This document shows, one piece after another, positions 46,319 through 58,114 of a DNA stretch of 64,000 nucleotides. The translations under genes and the position numbers were made by a program. Source of the stretch: Mantamonas sphyraenae STR306 (taxonomy: Eukaryota > Protista > CRuMs); contig JAPMXV010000003.1 in NCBI GenBank assembly GCA_026936335.1, positions 124,001 to 188,000 of the forward strand, read 5' to 3'. The notes beneath the pieces were generated by a model, which had not been told where the DNA came from, did not search any database, and saw nothing but the letters and a program-made list of their open reading frames with translations. How positions within the stretch are numbered: position 1 is the first letter of the stretch; every line of letters starts with the position of its first letter.

Positions 46319-49300
46319 ATGCGACACTCCACACTTGTACTAACGTGGTGTGGCGTGTGGTTGGCATTGTTTGCCCTTGTGTGTGCAGCCAGTGCTGCAG
46401 CCGAGGAGCCTATGGATAGCAGGCAGGCTGTGCTTGACAGCTTCCGCACGTGGGCGCTCTCGCAAGGCGGGAGTGGGACGAACGAGCGCATGCGTGTGAT
46501 GAGCGTGGAGGAGGCAGTTGAGATGGCCAAGACACGCAAGGAGATCATGCGTACGATGATGCTGGAGGAGCCCGAGCGCGCGTTGAAGGAGGCGTTTGCT
46601 GTGCCGCTCAACCTGCGCCGTGTGCTGGACGCAGAGGTGCAGGAGCACATGGAAGAGGTGTTTGACGCACGCGGGTCCATCCACGAGGTGGAGCCGCTGT
46701 GGACACCCGAAACGAGCGACGAGCAGCGTGCGGCGTGGCGGGAGAAGTACGTGGCGATTCTGGAAGACGGAACGGAGTGGGACATCCTTCCGTACGGGCG
46801 TCGTGCGGGACTCAGCATGCCTGGAGGCACGACGACGGGTCTTCACGGTGTGGTGATGCGCAATGAACGCGTGGCGGCCGTGCTCGACAGTCCCATGCGT
46901 CGTCTGCAGGCACACGAAGTGACGATGTACAGGCGCGAGGGACGCACCGAAGTGATGCAAAGCCGAGCGACGGCCAACCCTGTGTTTGTACTCAACGAGC
47001 ACGGCCACGTCGCAAGCTATGGCACGCAGAGCGAGCTGGACGAAGAGGAGAAGCGGATTTTGACGCGCGAGGTGCACGGACGTGCACTCGTGTCGTACAC
47101 CAACGGTGAGTTTTGATGATGAGAAGGTTTAGAGGCGAATCTTGACGGTCCGTTTTTTTCCCTTGACGGCGTTTTGGCAGCAGGTGCACTGACACAGCCA
47201 GGATGCAACCTTGGTAACGCGTGGATCACACAGGTGTCAAGTCGATGCTGTGGATCCGCATTGCCTTTCCAGATCTTGCGTACTCGTACTCGCTGTCGTC
47301 GGTGCAGACGATGCGCGACACGGTAAACTCGTACTACGCAACGGTGAGCAACTCGTCGACGAGTTTCTCGCAATGGACGATTCCGCCGGTGATTACGATG
47401 AGCAAGAACAGCGACCAGTACACGGGTGGGTGCAACGACGGCTACAAGGGCATCGACACGGAGGCCAGGCAACTGTCGGCCCAGGCTGGCTACGACGTGA
47501 CCAACTACGACCGCTGGCTGATTTCGTGGCAAAAGATCACCGCGTGGGGCAACTGCTGGGCGGGACTGGCGTACGTGGGTGCAAAGGGAGGCTGGATCAA
47601 CACCAACCCGACCGGTTGGGATGTGGTTTCGCACGAGCTTGGCCACAACTGGGGCTTCCGACACGCCAACGCGTGGGTTCCCGGCGCATCGAGCTCGGAC
47701 CCAGCCGACCCCAGCGGCTCGCTGCGTGCGTACTACGACAAGTTTGACGTGATGGGCTACGGCGGCGGCAAGGTGGTGGAGATGCACTTCAACGTGTACA
47801 ACAAGATCCGAGGCAACTGGTTTGCAGACAGCGCCATCCAGGACATTGACCAGTCCGGCACGTATCGCATCTACGCCATGGACATCAACTCGCTCACGCA
47901 GACGCCGCGTGCGCTGGCATACCCGAAGGATTCGAACCGCAAGGTGCTGATCGAATTCCGGCAGGCGATTGAGCCGAGCTCGGTGGCGTACAACGCCAAG
48001 AACGGCGTGTTCATCAAGTGGATCCAAACGGGGGCGACCAACACGTACGGCAAGACGCACGAGAGTGCGCTGCTGGACATGCGCCCGTGGACGTCGGACC
48101 AGCGTGACGCCATCCTGGGTCTGGGCGACCAGTACATTGACGGATCGAACGGCCTGAGCAAAACGGTGGTGGTGACACCCGTGCGCATTGTGCCGAACGA
48201 GTACGTGGACGTGGTCATCAACGTGGGCGACTTCCCGGGCAACCGGGACCCGTCTGTGGACGGCCTTCAGGTTGCATACTCGCGTGTGCCGCGCAATGTG
48301 CCCGTGCCCATGCGTGCCAAGGCTTCGGATGCCGACTCGGACACGCTGTCGTACTATTGGGACTACGACTTTTCGGCGACCGCGCTGAGCCAATACTTTG
48401 GGGACAAGAACGCAGAGTACACGTCGCACGAGTACACGTCGACGGGTACGCAGACGGTGCAGGTGACGGTGAGTGACATGCGAGGTGGTGCAAACGCAGG
48501 CTCGGTGCAGGTGACGGTGACGTCGTCGTGTCCGGACTCGTGCAACAACCACGGTACGTGTGTGAGTGGCAAGTGCCAGTGTGACAGCGAGTACACGGGT
48601 CCCGACTGCTCGTTGGCCATGCCCACCATCCTGTCGACGCAGCCAGCCGGTGTGGCGAGCGGAGGCACGATCACCATCAACGGACGCAACTTTACAGAGA
48701 ACAACTTTGTGCGATGCAACTACACCAACGGCGACTCGTTCTGGGCCACCGTGCTCAGCAGCACCCAGATCACGTGTCCCACCATGCCTCGCCAGGTGGG
48801 ACTGGAGGAGGAGGTGACGGTTTCGCCGGACACCCTGGTGTACGCAGGCACCGTCAAGTACACGTACGACCCCAACAGCGTGCCCGGTAGCACGCCTGCA
48901 CCGACACCGACACCCACAGGCAGCCCGGGACCCGGATCAAACGCAAACAGCGACAACACGGCAGCAAGTGGGGCCAACCCGGGTGCCGCACCGTTGTCTC
49001 CGGAAGCCTCGGGCGCCGTGGCGGGCGGCATCATCGGCTTTGTCATTGTTGCCGCAGCTGTGGGCTGGGCCATCAAGGTGAACCGTGACGGAGGCTCGGT
49101 GCGCTCCAAGCTGCACATGGACAACCTGTTTTCGCGCAGCGGCAGCCGCGCAGGTGGCCGTGCAGGAGGCGCAGGAGCGGGCACAAACGTGAACCGCATC
49201 CAGCGTCCGGGTGGAGCGGCGAGCAGCGGCAGTGCAAGCCGTTACATGCCCGGCGGAGCAGCAGCAGGTGCGGTTGGAGCTGGCACGGTTGCTTCGCGTG

Positions 49301-49536
49301 TGCAGGCAGCCAATGCTCGCAGCGGCCCGCCAGGCCGTGCGCCGCCGCCTCCTGTGCCGCAGCGTCTGCCGCAGTCCCGTGCTCTGTATGCCTATTCTGC
49401 GCAGAGCAACAGCGAGCTGTCCATCAGCGAGGGCGACATGTTGACTGTGAAGCAGCGCAACGGTGACGGATGGGCGTTGGTGGTCAACCAGCGTGGCCAA
49501 GAGGGTTACGTGCCCAACAACTACATCACGGCGTGA
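46319..49536 (+). CDS. Type I membrane M11/gametolysin-like metalloprotease with PKD, EGF, IPT, TM and SH3
   Basis: Signal peptide; intron 47106-47233; HELGHNWGFRH, DVMG Met-turn; YYWDY...TVQVTVSD; CNNHGTC...GPDC; TM; ALYAY..ELS..GW..GYVPNNY. Confidence 0.85.
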
Positions 49537-49592
49537 GCTGGTGGTGAGGGAATGAATGAATGAAGGAGATTGCAGTGCAAAACAGAATGCAT

Positions 49593-51346
49593 TTAAAGGC
49601 CGGCAGCCTTCTTCAGCTTCTGGTAGTCGGGAGTGCCCAGACCGGTGACGGGATCCCAGCCCTGAGTGGCCTGGAAGCCGTACTGGTGGCCGTTGCTGTT
49701 GTCACCCTGAGTGATGTCGTTGAGGGCAGCGGCGTTCTGGTACAGGAACTGGTTGAGCGGGCCAAGGGCGGGCTTGCCAGCCTGCATGAGCTTGTCGTTG
49801 ACGAGAGCCACAATGGAGGCAAAGGTGGGGCAGCTTGCGCTGGTGCCGCCGACCTGCTCGACGAAACCGTGCACCACGACGGGGAACTTGACACCCTGGG
49901 CGCTGACGTCCGGGATGGCGCGGCCGTCGCCGTTGTAGTAGCTGCTGGGCGGGAGCTGCACACCGGAGCGCAGGTAGCCCGACACGGCGTCCACCTGGAA
50001 CTTGGCGGTGGTGTTGCGCGGGAAGTAGCCCTCGGGGGCGAAACCTCCGCCGCTCCACGGGGTCGACTTGGTCTCGGTGCCGTCGTCGTTGAGGTCGGTG
50101 GCACCGACAGCAGTGACGGAGGGCAGGCAGGCCGGGTACGACGGGTGGAAGTGGTCGTAGCCGCCGGTGCGCGAGTAGACACCCGAGTCACCCGAGGCAA
50201 TGAGCACAGAGACACCCAGGGCGCCGAGCTTCTGCATCTCGGTGTCGAGACGCTGGGCAGTGTCGGTGGACACCGACTCGGTGGCCTCACCGTAGCTGAT
50301 GGACCAGACCAGAGGCGACTGGTTGGAGCTGATGACGTTGTCCACAAACTCGACCAGGTCGAAGCTGAAGCCAGACTGCAGCCACATGTCGGTGGGGATG
50401 CCCTGGTTCACGCCAATGATGTACTGCACGTCCAGGTTGGCCTCGGTGTGTCCGCTGCCGTCGGCGTTGTGGCTGTTGGCCACGGGCTGGTTGGGGATGT
50501 TGAACTTCTTCTCAAAGTGCTCCAGATCATCCTTGCTGAAGGCCTGGCCCTGGAACTCGGCGCATCCCTGGCTGCTCTTGGTCTGGCCCGATCCAGTCTC
50601 GTCGACGTTGTACATCTTGCGCAGGCTCTTGGGGTCGTTCTCCACGCCCAGAGCATCACGCTTGGTCTTGAGGGACATGCGCGGCAGGGGGAAGTTCTGC
50701 ACGCCAAAGAATGTGTGCACGTGGCGGGACACGGCAGCGGGCACGCTGGGGGCGTCGTAGGTGCGCACAATGTGGCGGCCGCTCTCGGCGTGGCTGAAGC
50801 GCAGAAAGTCAACGGACAGGACGCGCTCCAGAGTGGCCACAGGGGCGGTGATGCGCAGCATATCGCGGGTGCTCATCACGTCCACCTTCTCGATACCCTC
50901 GCTCTTGAGCCAGCCAAGCAGCTCATCGATCACCTGCATGAGTGTGTGTGGGTGTGCGGGGGGGGGGGCCGTTGCGAGTTAGACACGCCGATTCACTTTG
51001 CGTGGATTCCGCTTTTTTCCCCTCTCTCGCTCTTTGCGGCGCAACATACCTCGTTGTCAACGGCCATGAGGTGGGTCAGCTCCTCGCGGCTCAGGTACTT
51101 GCCGTAGGCGGAGCTCTTGGGGTTGGACACCTGCTCAAAGAAGTTGCGCAGGTTCTCGGCGTTGGGCTGAGTGATGGCAAGCCAGACGGTGATCTCAAGG
51201 TCGCGGTCGGCCTTGCCCTCCTCCTTCCACAGGCGCTGGACGTTCTCACGAGGCACATCCACGCCAAAGTTGATGCGCTCGTGCGCCACAGCGAAGCACT
51301 GAACGATCAGTGCGAATGCAATAACAGATGCGAGCTGCTGCTTCAT
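49593..51346 (-). CDS. TPP1: Tripeptidyl-peptidase I / sedolisin (S53)
   Basis: Signal peptide and pro-domain (SNPKSSAYGKYLS), EANLD, ASGDSG, GGTSAS, GWDPVTGLG; one intron ~51049-50935. Confidence 0.92.
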
Positions 51347-51416
51347 CGTGTCTTTCGGTTGCAGGCGGGAGCGCATCGACGCACACAACGCATTTCAAAG
51401 TTGCATCAGCAGCGCA

Positions 51417-53126
51417 ATGTTTGCCAAACGGGCCGGGCGGATGCGTGTGTCCACGCTGGGCGTATGGCAGCTTCAACAGGTTGGCAGTATGGCCAGGGCA
51501 GGGCTGAGTGGCGTGGCGGAACACGAGAGCGCGGACTACCATCGGGAACGCACCGAGGCGCTGGAGGCGTACGCCGCAAAGAGCGGGAAGCCTGTGTACA
51601 AAGAGGTGGAGGCCAGGAGCCACACGCTGGTGGAGCTGCGTGCACAGTACGAGGAGAGTCTGGGGCCGGGAGAAAAGGCCTCGGCGGACGATCCACAGGT
51701 GCGTGTGGTGGGACGCATCCGAGCCAAACGGGAGGCAAGCAAGAAGCTTGTGTTTTACGACATCGAAAGCGAGGGCGGACGCGTACAGGTGATGAGTTCA
51801 CTGAGCAACTACCACGACGGCGAGGCGTACCAAAGGGACCACGGGGTCCTGCGTCGCGGCGACGTGGTGGCGGTGCACGGCGTAGCTGGCAAATCGAAAC
51901 TGGGCGAATTGTCAGTGTTGCCAGAGCGCATCGATCTCCTTGCGCCCTGTTTGCATCTGTTGCCTGCGGCGAGCGAAGACAAACTGGCCGATCCGGATCT
52001 GCGCTTCCGACAACGCCATCGGGACTTTTTGGTCAACGAAGAGCGACGCAATGTGCTCGTGGCACGAGCACAGCTCATTTCGGGCATGCGACGGTTCCTG
52101 GAAAATGACGGGTTCCTGGAGGTGGAGACGCCGATGTTGCAGGGGGTGGCCAGCGGGGCCGCAGCGCGACCATTTGTGACCCAACACACGGCACTGCACA
52201 GAGACATGCAGCTGCGCGTGGCACCGGAGCTGTATCTGAAGCAGTTGATTGTGGGTGGCTTCCCGCGCGTGTTTGAGATCGGGAAGCAGTTCCGCAACGA
52301 GGGCATCGACTCCAACCACAACCCAGAGTTCACCACCATGGAGCTGTACCAATCCTACGCCGACTACAACGACCTGATGGCATTGACGGAGAAACTGCTG
52401 GCCCACCTGGCACACGAGGTGGAACCGAGCACCGAGGAGCTTCGCCAGCAGTTGCAGGCGCCGTTCCAGCGCGTGTCCTTTGTGGATGCCATTGAAAGCA
52501 AACTGGAAAGCACACTGCTGAGCAGCGAGGAGTGGCAGGCGGTGTCACGTGCGGGAGGGGACGTACGGTCGGCCACACGTCGGTTGCAGGAGATGTGTGC
52601 TTCTGTGGGCCAGCCGAGTGGAGACGTCACTTCTGTGCCGCAGCTGTTGGACAGGCTGGTGGGCACCTTGGTGGAACCCGACTGCACGCAGCCCACCTTT
52701 GTGGTTGACCATCCTCTGTGCCTCAGCCCGCTTGCACGCGCGCATCCAGACCGCCCCCATCTTGCGCAACGCTTTGAGCTGATGATCCAAGGCATGGAAG
52801 TGGCCAACGCGTACTCAGAGTTGAACGATCCAGGCGAGCAGAGACTGCGCTTCCGCCAGCAGCAAGGATATGCCGACGACGACGACGACGACGAGGTCGT
52901 GCTTCCCGACGAGGACTTTTGCCGTGTCCTGGAGTATGCCATGCCTCCCACAGCAGGGTTGGGCATTGGCATCGACCGCCTCGTCATGCTCTTTACGGGT
53001 CAGCGGCACATTCGCGAGGTGATGGCCTTTCCAGCCCTGCGCGAGCTGCCCACAGCAAGCGGTGGGAATGCGGCTTTGCAGGCTGGTCAGACCGACACGG
53101 ATGCATCAGGAGAGCGAGCGATGTGA
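51417..53126 (+). CDS. KARS: Lysyl-tRNA synthetase class II, probably mitochondrial
   Basis: FLEVETPML, LRVAPELYLK, FRNEGID..HNPEFT, ANAYSELND, GLGIGIDRL; Arg-rich N-terminal presequence. Confidence 0.93.
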   Translation: MFAKRAGRMRVSTLGVWQLQQVGSMARAGLSGVAEHESADYHRERTEALEAYAAKSGKPVYKEVEARSHTLVELRAQYEESLGPGEKASADDPQVRVVGRIRAKREASKKLVFYDIESEGGRVQVMSSLSNYHDGEAYQRDHGVLRRGDVVAVHGVAGKSKLGELSVLPERIDLLAPCLHLLPAASEDKLADPDLRFRQRHRDFLVNEERRNVLVARAQLISGMRRFLENDGFLEVETPMLQGVASGAAARPFVTQHTALHRDMQLRVAPELYLKQLIVGGFPRVFEIGKQFRNEGIDSNHNPEFTTMELYQSYADYNDLMALTEKLLAHLAHEVEPSTEELRQQLQAPFQRVSFVDAIESKLESTLLSSEEWQAVSRAGGDVRSATRRLQEMCASVGQPSGDVTSVPQLLDRLVGTLVEPDCTQPTFVVDHPLCLSPLARAHPDRPHLAQRFELMIQGMEVANAYSELNDPGEQRLRFRQQQGYADDDDDDEVVLPDEDFCRVLEYAMPPTAGLGIGIDRLVMLFTGQRHIREVMAFPALRELPTASGGNAALQAGQTDTDASGERAM

Positions 53127-53235
53127 ACGAGTGATGCATGGAGGAAATGGGAGAAGTTGAGGAAAAGAGAGTTTGATCAGAAGGACTTTCACCCACGCCA
53201 CACGCACACACGACCTGTTCACCACCATGTGTGCA

Positions 53236-54125
53236 TCACCTCCACACACTCATGCGCTCCATGATGGCATCGACCATGGCGTCCACCTGCTCACTGTCGA
53301 GGTACTCGCTGTTCTGGATGGCATTGCTGAGGACAATGATGGCACTGACGCTTCCGGCATTGAGCCAGACGCGTCCGTTGTATCCAACGGCCAATTCAAA
53401 TGCCATGTGCTTGCCCATGGCCACGAGCACGGGTGCGTCGTCACGCATGAGGGAGCGGCCGAGGCTAAGGGAGCATTCAAACATGTACCCGTCCTTGAGC
53501 TCGCCAAAGCCGTCGCTCTTGCCCTTGTTATTCACACATTCAATCTCCGGGTCCATGTCCTTGTTTGCGACGGTGACTCGTGCGTACACGAGGGAGCCAA
53601 TGGCCAGTTCCGGACGCGACTTTTTGGTCGCATTCTCAAAGGCCAGGCTGTTCAGGGTGGCTGGTGCGCTGCAGCCAATGTCCACCTTGTAGTGTTCTGT
53701 GTAGGACTCGAGCACAATGCCCACCACCGTATCGTCGACTGCGGGCACGTACTGCGAGTGTGTACGGGTGTGTTGTGTGTGAGTCCGTGGACGCGGCTCC
53801 TTGGGCTTGTGCTTCGTCGCAGCGTGGGCGTGTCACATACCCTCTTCTGGCGGTTGTCCACCCAATAAAGGTTGCCGCTGTCCTTTTGCAGGACCCCAGC
53901 CTTGGTGGCGACAATGTTGTGGTCGTCCTGCATGAGTCCTGGGCCGACACGGAAGACGGCCTTGGCGTTCTTGCTCTTGCCTTTGTTGCCGCTGCTGGTG
54001 CTGCTGCTGGTGCTGCTGTTTGCGGCATCTGCCTCCACCTGCATGTCGGCTATGGCCTGCATGTCGACCACAATGTCGCCAGGCACGACAATTTGGCCAA
54101 CCAATTCGGTGGTGGTTGAGGACAT
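53236..54125 (-). CDS. EXOSC3: Exosome cap subunit RRP40
   Basis: IVVPGD, VGPGL, YWVDNRQKR|YVP..DTVVGIV, AFENATKKSRP, AVGYNGRVW; intron ~53840-53752. Confidence 0.92.
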
Positions 54126-54130
54126 CGACG

Positions 54131-55435
54131 ATGCTGCGGGATGTGCTTGTGCAAGCGCGCGCACGTCCGTTCGATGCGGTGCGTTTGGCAGCCGCGTGTG
54201 TGCTTGTTCTGGGTGCATTGATAACGGTGGTGGCGTGGATGGTCGCCCCTGCGCCGGGGCCGCCCTCGGTGGTGGAAAAGGCCAAGGAGACGGTCAAGCG
54301 GTTGCAGTGCGCGTCTGTCCACGTCCCATCCGACTGGTTCATCTTTACCTCCGTGGGACAACGGGTCATGGTTGTCATGCCGCCCCTCACCGACGTCGAA
54401 AACTCCAAGGAGATCCAGCTGTACAACGTCACCACGCCGCACGTGAGCGCGCATTTGTTGCCTCTGTTGCACCGCGAGTGCAGCCGTCTCTCAGAGAACA
54501 AGGGCATGCCTATGTACCTGGACATTGGCGCCAGACTGGGCTTTTTGGGCATGGAGGCCGCACACCTGGGTTGCTACAGTCTCATGTACGAGGCACGGCC
54601 GCTTGTGCGGGAGGCGCTGTCCACAGCGATCTGCGCCTCGAACTTGACGACCATGGCCGAGGTGCGTGGGTACAACGTGGTGGATATGGACACTGCGATG
54701 GAAGTGGGTGTGGTCAGTGAGGTTGTGTACAGCAAGAGCCGGCCGAAGCGCCAGAGCACGGGCGAGAGTGAAAGCGGGTCGCGCCGCCGGCTGTTGACAG
54801 AGGTGGCGCCGAACAAGGAGCATATGGTGAACTTGTTCCGCACACAGCTGAACGCGCAGTCGTTCTATCATCGCATGGATGATATGTACGACTCGGAAGC
54901 GGCTATGGATCTGCCCAAGGGCTGCCCGTACTGGAACCCGGACGGGTTTTCGCCCGCTCCGCCGCCCGCGTGCTACAAATCGCATGTGGTCGACCTTGCC
55001 ACCGACTTGGACAGACCGGGAAATGTCAGCCGGTTGCTCAACAGGGAGATGAGTGATCTGGCAGTGGTGCGTATTGACGAAACGGTGAGCGTTGTCAACC
55101 TGTGGCCGCTGCTGCGAGGATGGATGACATCCAGGCGCATGTACCACCTGCAAATGACAATCAATCCGGAGCAACAGAGTGTGGATTGGCTGATGGAGAA
55201 CCTGCCGACGATTCCGGAGCACCTGCACTTGTTGCACTTGCCCTTCTTTGACCACGACGTCAAGCGCAACTGCTACGTGCGCCTCATCAATGTGAAGCAT
55301 CGTGAGACGTTGGCTCGGTTCATCGATGCCGTATACAAGCGGTCTGTCGGTAGATGCACCGGCCGAGTCGAGGTTCTCATCACGCCGCTCACGCGCCAGG
55401 AGGTGCGCGAGATGTGTGAGGCGGGCGTGCACTGA
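54131..55435 (+). CDS. Type II membrane protein with SAM-methyltransferase (FkbM-like) motif
   Basis: N-terminal TM; YLDIGARLG...MYEARP resembles motifs I and II. Confidence 0.6.
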   Translation: MLRDVLVQARARPFDAVRLAAACVLVLGALITVVAWMVAPAPGPPSVVEKAKETVKRLQCASVHVPSDWFIFTSVGQRVMVVMPPLTDVENSKEIQLYNVTTPHVSAHLLPLLHRECSRLSENKGMPMYLDIGARLGFLGMEAAHLGCYSLMYEARPLVREALSTAICASNLTTMAEVRGYNVVDMDTAMEVGVVSEVVYSKSRPKRQSTGESESGSRRRLLTEVAPNKEHMVNLFRTQLNAQSFYHRMDDMYDSEAAMDLPKGCPYWNPDGFSPAPPPACYKSHVVDLATDLDRPGNVSRLLNREMSDLAVVRIDETVSVVNLWPLLRGWMTSRRMYHLQMTINPEQQSVDWLMENLPTIPEHLHLLHLPFFDHDVKRNCYVRLINVKHRETLARFIDAVYKRSVGRCTGRVEVLITPLTRQEVREMCEAGVH

Positions 55436-55567
55436 CGTGATGCAGAAGCAGGTGCTGGTGGTCACCCATGTTGGGGGATGGGGATGGGGGATGGGGGATG
55501 GGGATGATGCTGGTGTGGGAAGCGACACGCGTTGGCTTCCCCAAAACAACAACAAACAAACCAAAAC

Positions 55568-56309
55568 ATGCAGAATGCAAAGTTGGCACTTGTGGTGATG
55601 GTGGTGCTTGCGTGCCTGGCGTCGACGAGCCAGGCCAGCACGGGCGAGGAGCTCTTTGAGGGTTGGGTCGAGGGTCTGGTCAGCAGCGAGCTGCCGGGCG
55701 TGCCGGACATGTCGTCGTGCAAGCGTGAGGTGGGCGCTGTGGAAAGCGACTTTTCCAGCGCCTTCCGTAACTTTGGTGTGTCGCGCACCTCCAACCTGAA
55801 CCAGGGCCTGCGCGACCTCTCCTCGGGCATGAACGATTTCCTCGAGGCCCTCCGCGCCTGCGGTGCCACCGATCTGGCCAGCAAGGTGGCTGGTGCCATT
55901 GCCAGCATGGGCGCAGGCTACGGGTAAGTTGCGTTGCATGGAACCTGGGTGTGATTGGATGAGCCTGTCGCGAACGAGAGGGGTTCCGACAAAAACGGCC
56001 TCCTCTTCCGCAGCTGACCCCGGAACAAACGCCCCCCCGGACCACAGTGAGATCTCCGAGGCCATCAAGATCATGGTCAACGGTATCGATATCTACGACG
56101 ACATCTCGAGTGCACACTCCGAGTACGTGGATGCCTCACGTGTCCCCAGAAACGTGTTCTTTGGAAAGGTGCCAAAATCGCTGACCCGTCTTCCCTCTCC
56201 CCCCCTCCCCCCTCCCTTTCCTCTCCCGAAACCCACTCACAGCTGGTCGCGTGGCGATGCCTACGGCTGCGGCGAGGAGTTGGGCAAGCTGACTGCCACG
56301 CTGATCTGA
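55568..56309 (+). CDS. Small secreted helical protein, paralogue 1
   Basis: Signal peptide; two introns (55924-56048, ~56123-56242); ends GEELGKLTATLI. Confidence 0.75.
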
Positions 56310-56392
56310 GCTGGTTAGAAGCCCCGTGGAAAGGAACAAAGTGCGCTTCCACGCCCATCCCAAACAGTGTCCATTTGTTGTCATCACCCGTC

Positions 56393-58005
56393 ATGTCCAC
56401 TGCCGAAGAGGATCTTGTGCAGGTGTCGTTTGTGGCGGATCCAAAGGTGCCCAAGGCGCTGCGTGTGGCCGAGGAGCCTCTTGCGGTGCCGGGCAACCTG
56501 AAACGCAAGGGATTGTCGCTGTTGCTGAACCACATGTTGCATGGTGAGGACAGCGACGACGATGATAGCGACGATGACAGCGAAAACGAGGACCAATCGT
56601 CGTCATCGTCTGGATCGAAGCACAAGCAGCAGTCGTTTGATTTTGCCATCAACGAACAGCTGCTGCGCACAACGCTCAAGTCGTTCATGGCCAAACGGTC
56701 GCTGAGCAAGGTGAGTGCAGGTGTGGCGCGAGGACATGCGGCGTTGCTGTGTGCGGTGTGTGAAACGGGCAGGCGGAACGCGGACGGACTCGCGGCGCAT
56801 GTTTCGACGGCTGACGGATTTGCAAACGCACCCACACACACACACAGGAACGCACTCTGGACATTACGTATTTTATCAAACAGCGTGCGCCAGAGCCAAA
56901 GACGGCACAGCCGCATGACGATTGGGTGAGCTGCGTGGCTGGAAACTGGCAAGGCTTGTTCCTCACGGGCTCGTACGATCACCAGCTGCGGCTGGTGGTG
57001 GCAGGCGGCGAGGATGGGGCGCAGGAGGCAAGCATCGTGCAGGTGGCACACGACAAGCCCATCCAGGCGGTATGCTGGGGAGCACAACAGAGCGAGACCC
57101 AGCTGCGTGCCTTTTCGGCGTCGGACGACGCGCTGATCAAGAGTTGGTCCATGGACACGGAGATGCACAGTGCCCAGCTCCAAGTGACGTACCAAGGCCA
57201 CCAGGGCAGCGTGCAGGCTCTTGCATACCATTTCGAGCACCAGAAGCTGGTGAGTGGATCGTGGGACAAGACGCTGTGCATCTGGGACGGACGAGTGGCT
57301 CGCCCGGGCTTTGACGACGACGACGACGACGAGGATGAAGATGAGGATGAGGATGAGACGGAGGAAGTGTCGGCAAAGGTGGGACGCAAGCGCAAGGCGT
57401 CATCGAACAGCAGCAAGGGCAAGCGCAAGGCGAAACGGGGCAAGGTGGACAAGTCGCCACTGCGCATCCTGGAGTCGCATCGCAACTGTGTGTCGTGTGT
57501 GCTGTGGCCGACGCGATCGCAGATCATCAGTGGCTCCTGGGATCACAGTGTGATTGTGTGGGATGTGGAGAGTGGATCGCCGGGCAACGTGCTGAAGAGT
57601 AGCTGTGTGGTGCGTAGCATTGCGTACGCCGAGACGCGGCATCTGATTGTGAGTGCACACAGCGACAACGCCATCCGGCTGTGGGACGAGCGCCAGGGCG
57701 AGAAAGCAGTCAACCAGGTCATCAACAAGGCACACGGCGGCTGGGTCAACGACGTCAGCTTCGAGAAGGTGGCTGTGGGCAGCAAAAAGGGCACGCGAAC
57801 CAGCCAGCAGAACGAAATGGTGTTTGCCAGCGCCTCGCATGACTCCACGGTGAGGTTGTGGGACGTGCGAAGTCTCAAGACGCCCCTGCACACCATCAAG
57901 AGTGCCGACCGCGAGGCAAAGATGCTCGCCGTCGACTTGTGGTCCGACTGGCTTGCCATTGGCGGCACCGACAACGAATTGCGTCTCATGTCGAGGAGCA
58001 CTTGA
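56393..58005 (+). CDS. WDR12: Ribosome biogenesis WD40 protein YTM1
   Basis: NLE domain (LSLLLNHML, FDFAINEQLLRTTL), HDDWVS, WD repeats; intron 56711-56847. Confidence 0.92.
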
Positions 58006-58114
58006 GGGAGGAGGAGTGGGAAAGGAGAAAGAGCGAGGGAGCGAGGGAGCGAGAGAGAAAAAGAAGGGAAAACGAGGCGCAGAGTTGAGATTGATTTCCA
58101 AATCTTCCCCATCA

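Noticed and set aside
47106-47233. ATGATGA...CTGA in the M11 gene intron as a snoRNA
   Set aside because: The CTGA is the branch-point motif; no terminal stem or recognisable guide; intron is of ordinary length.
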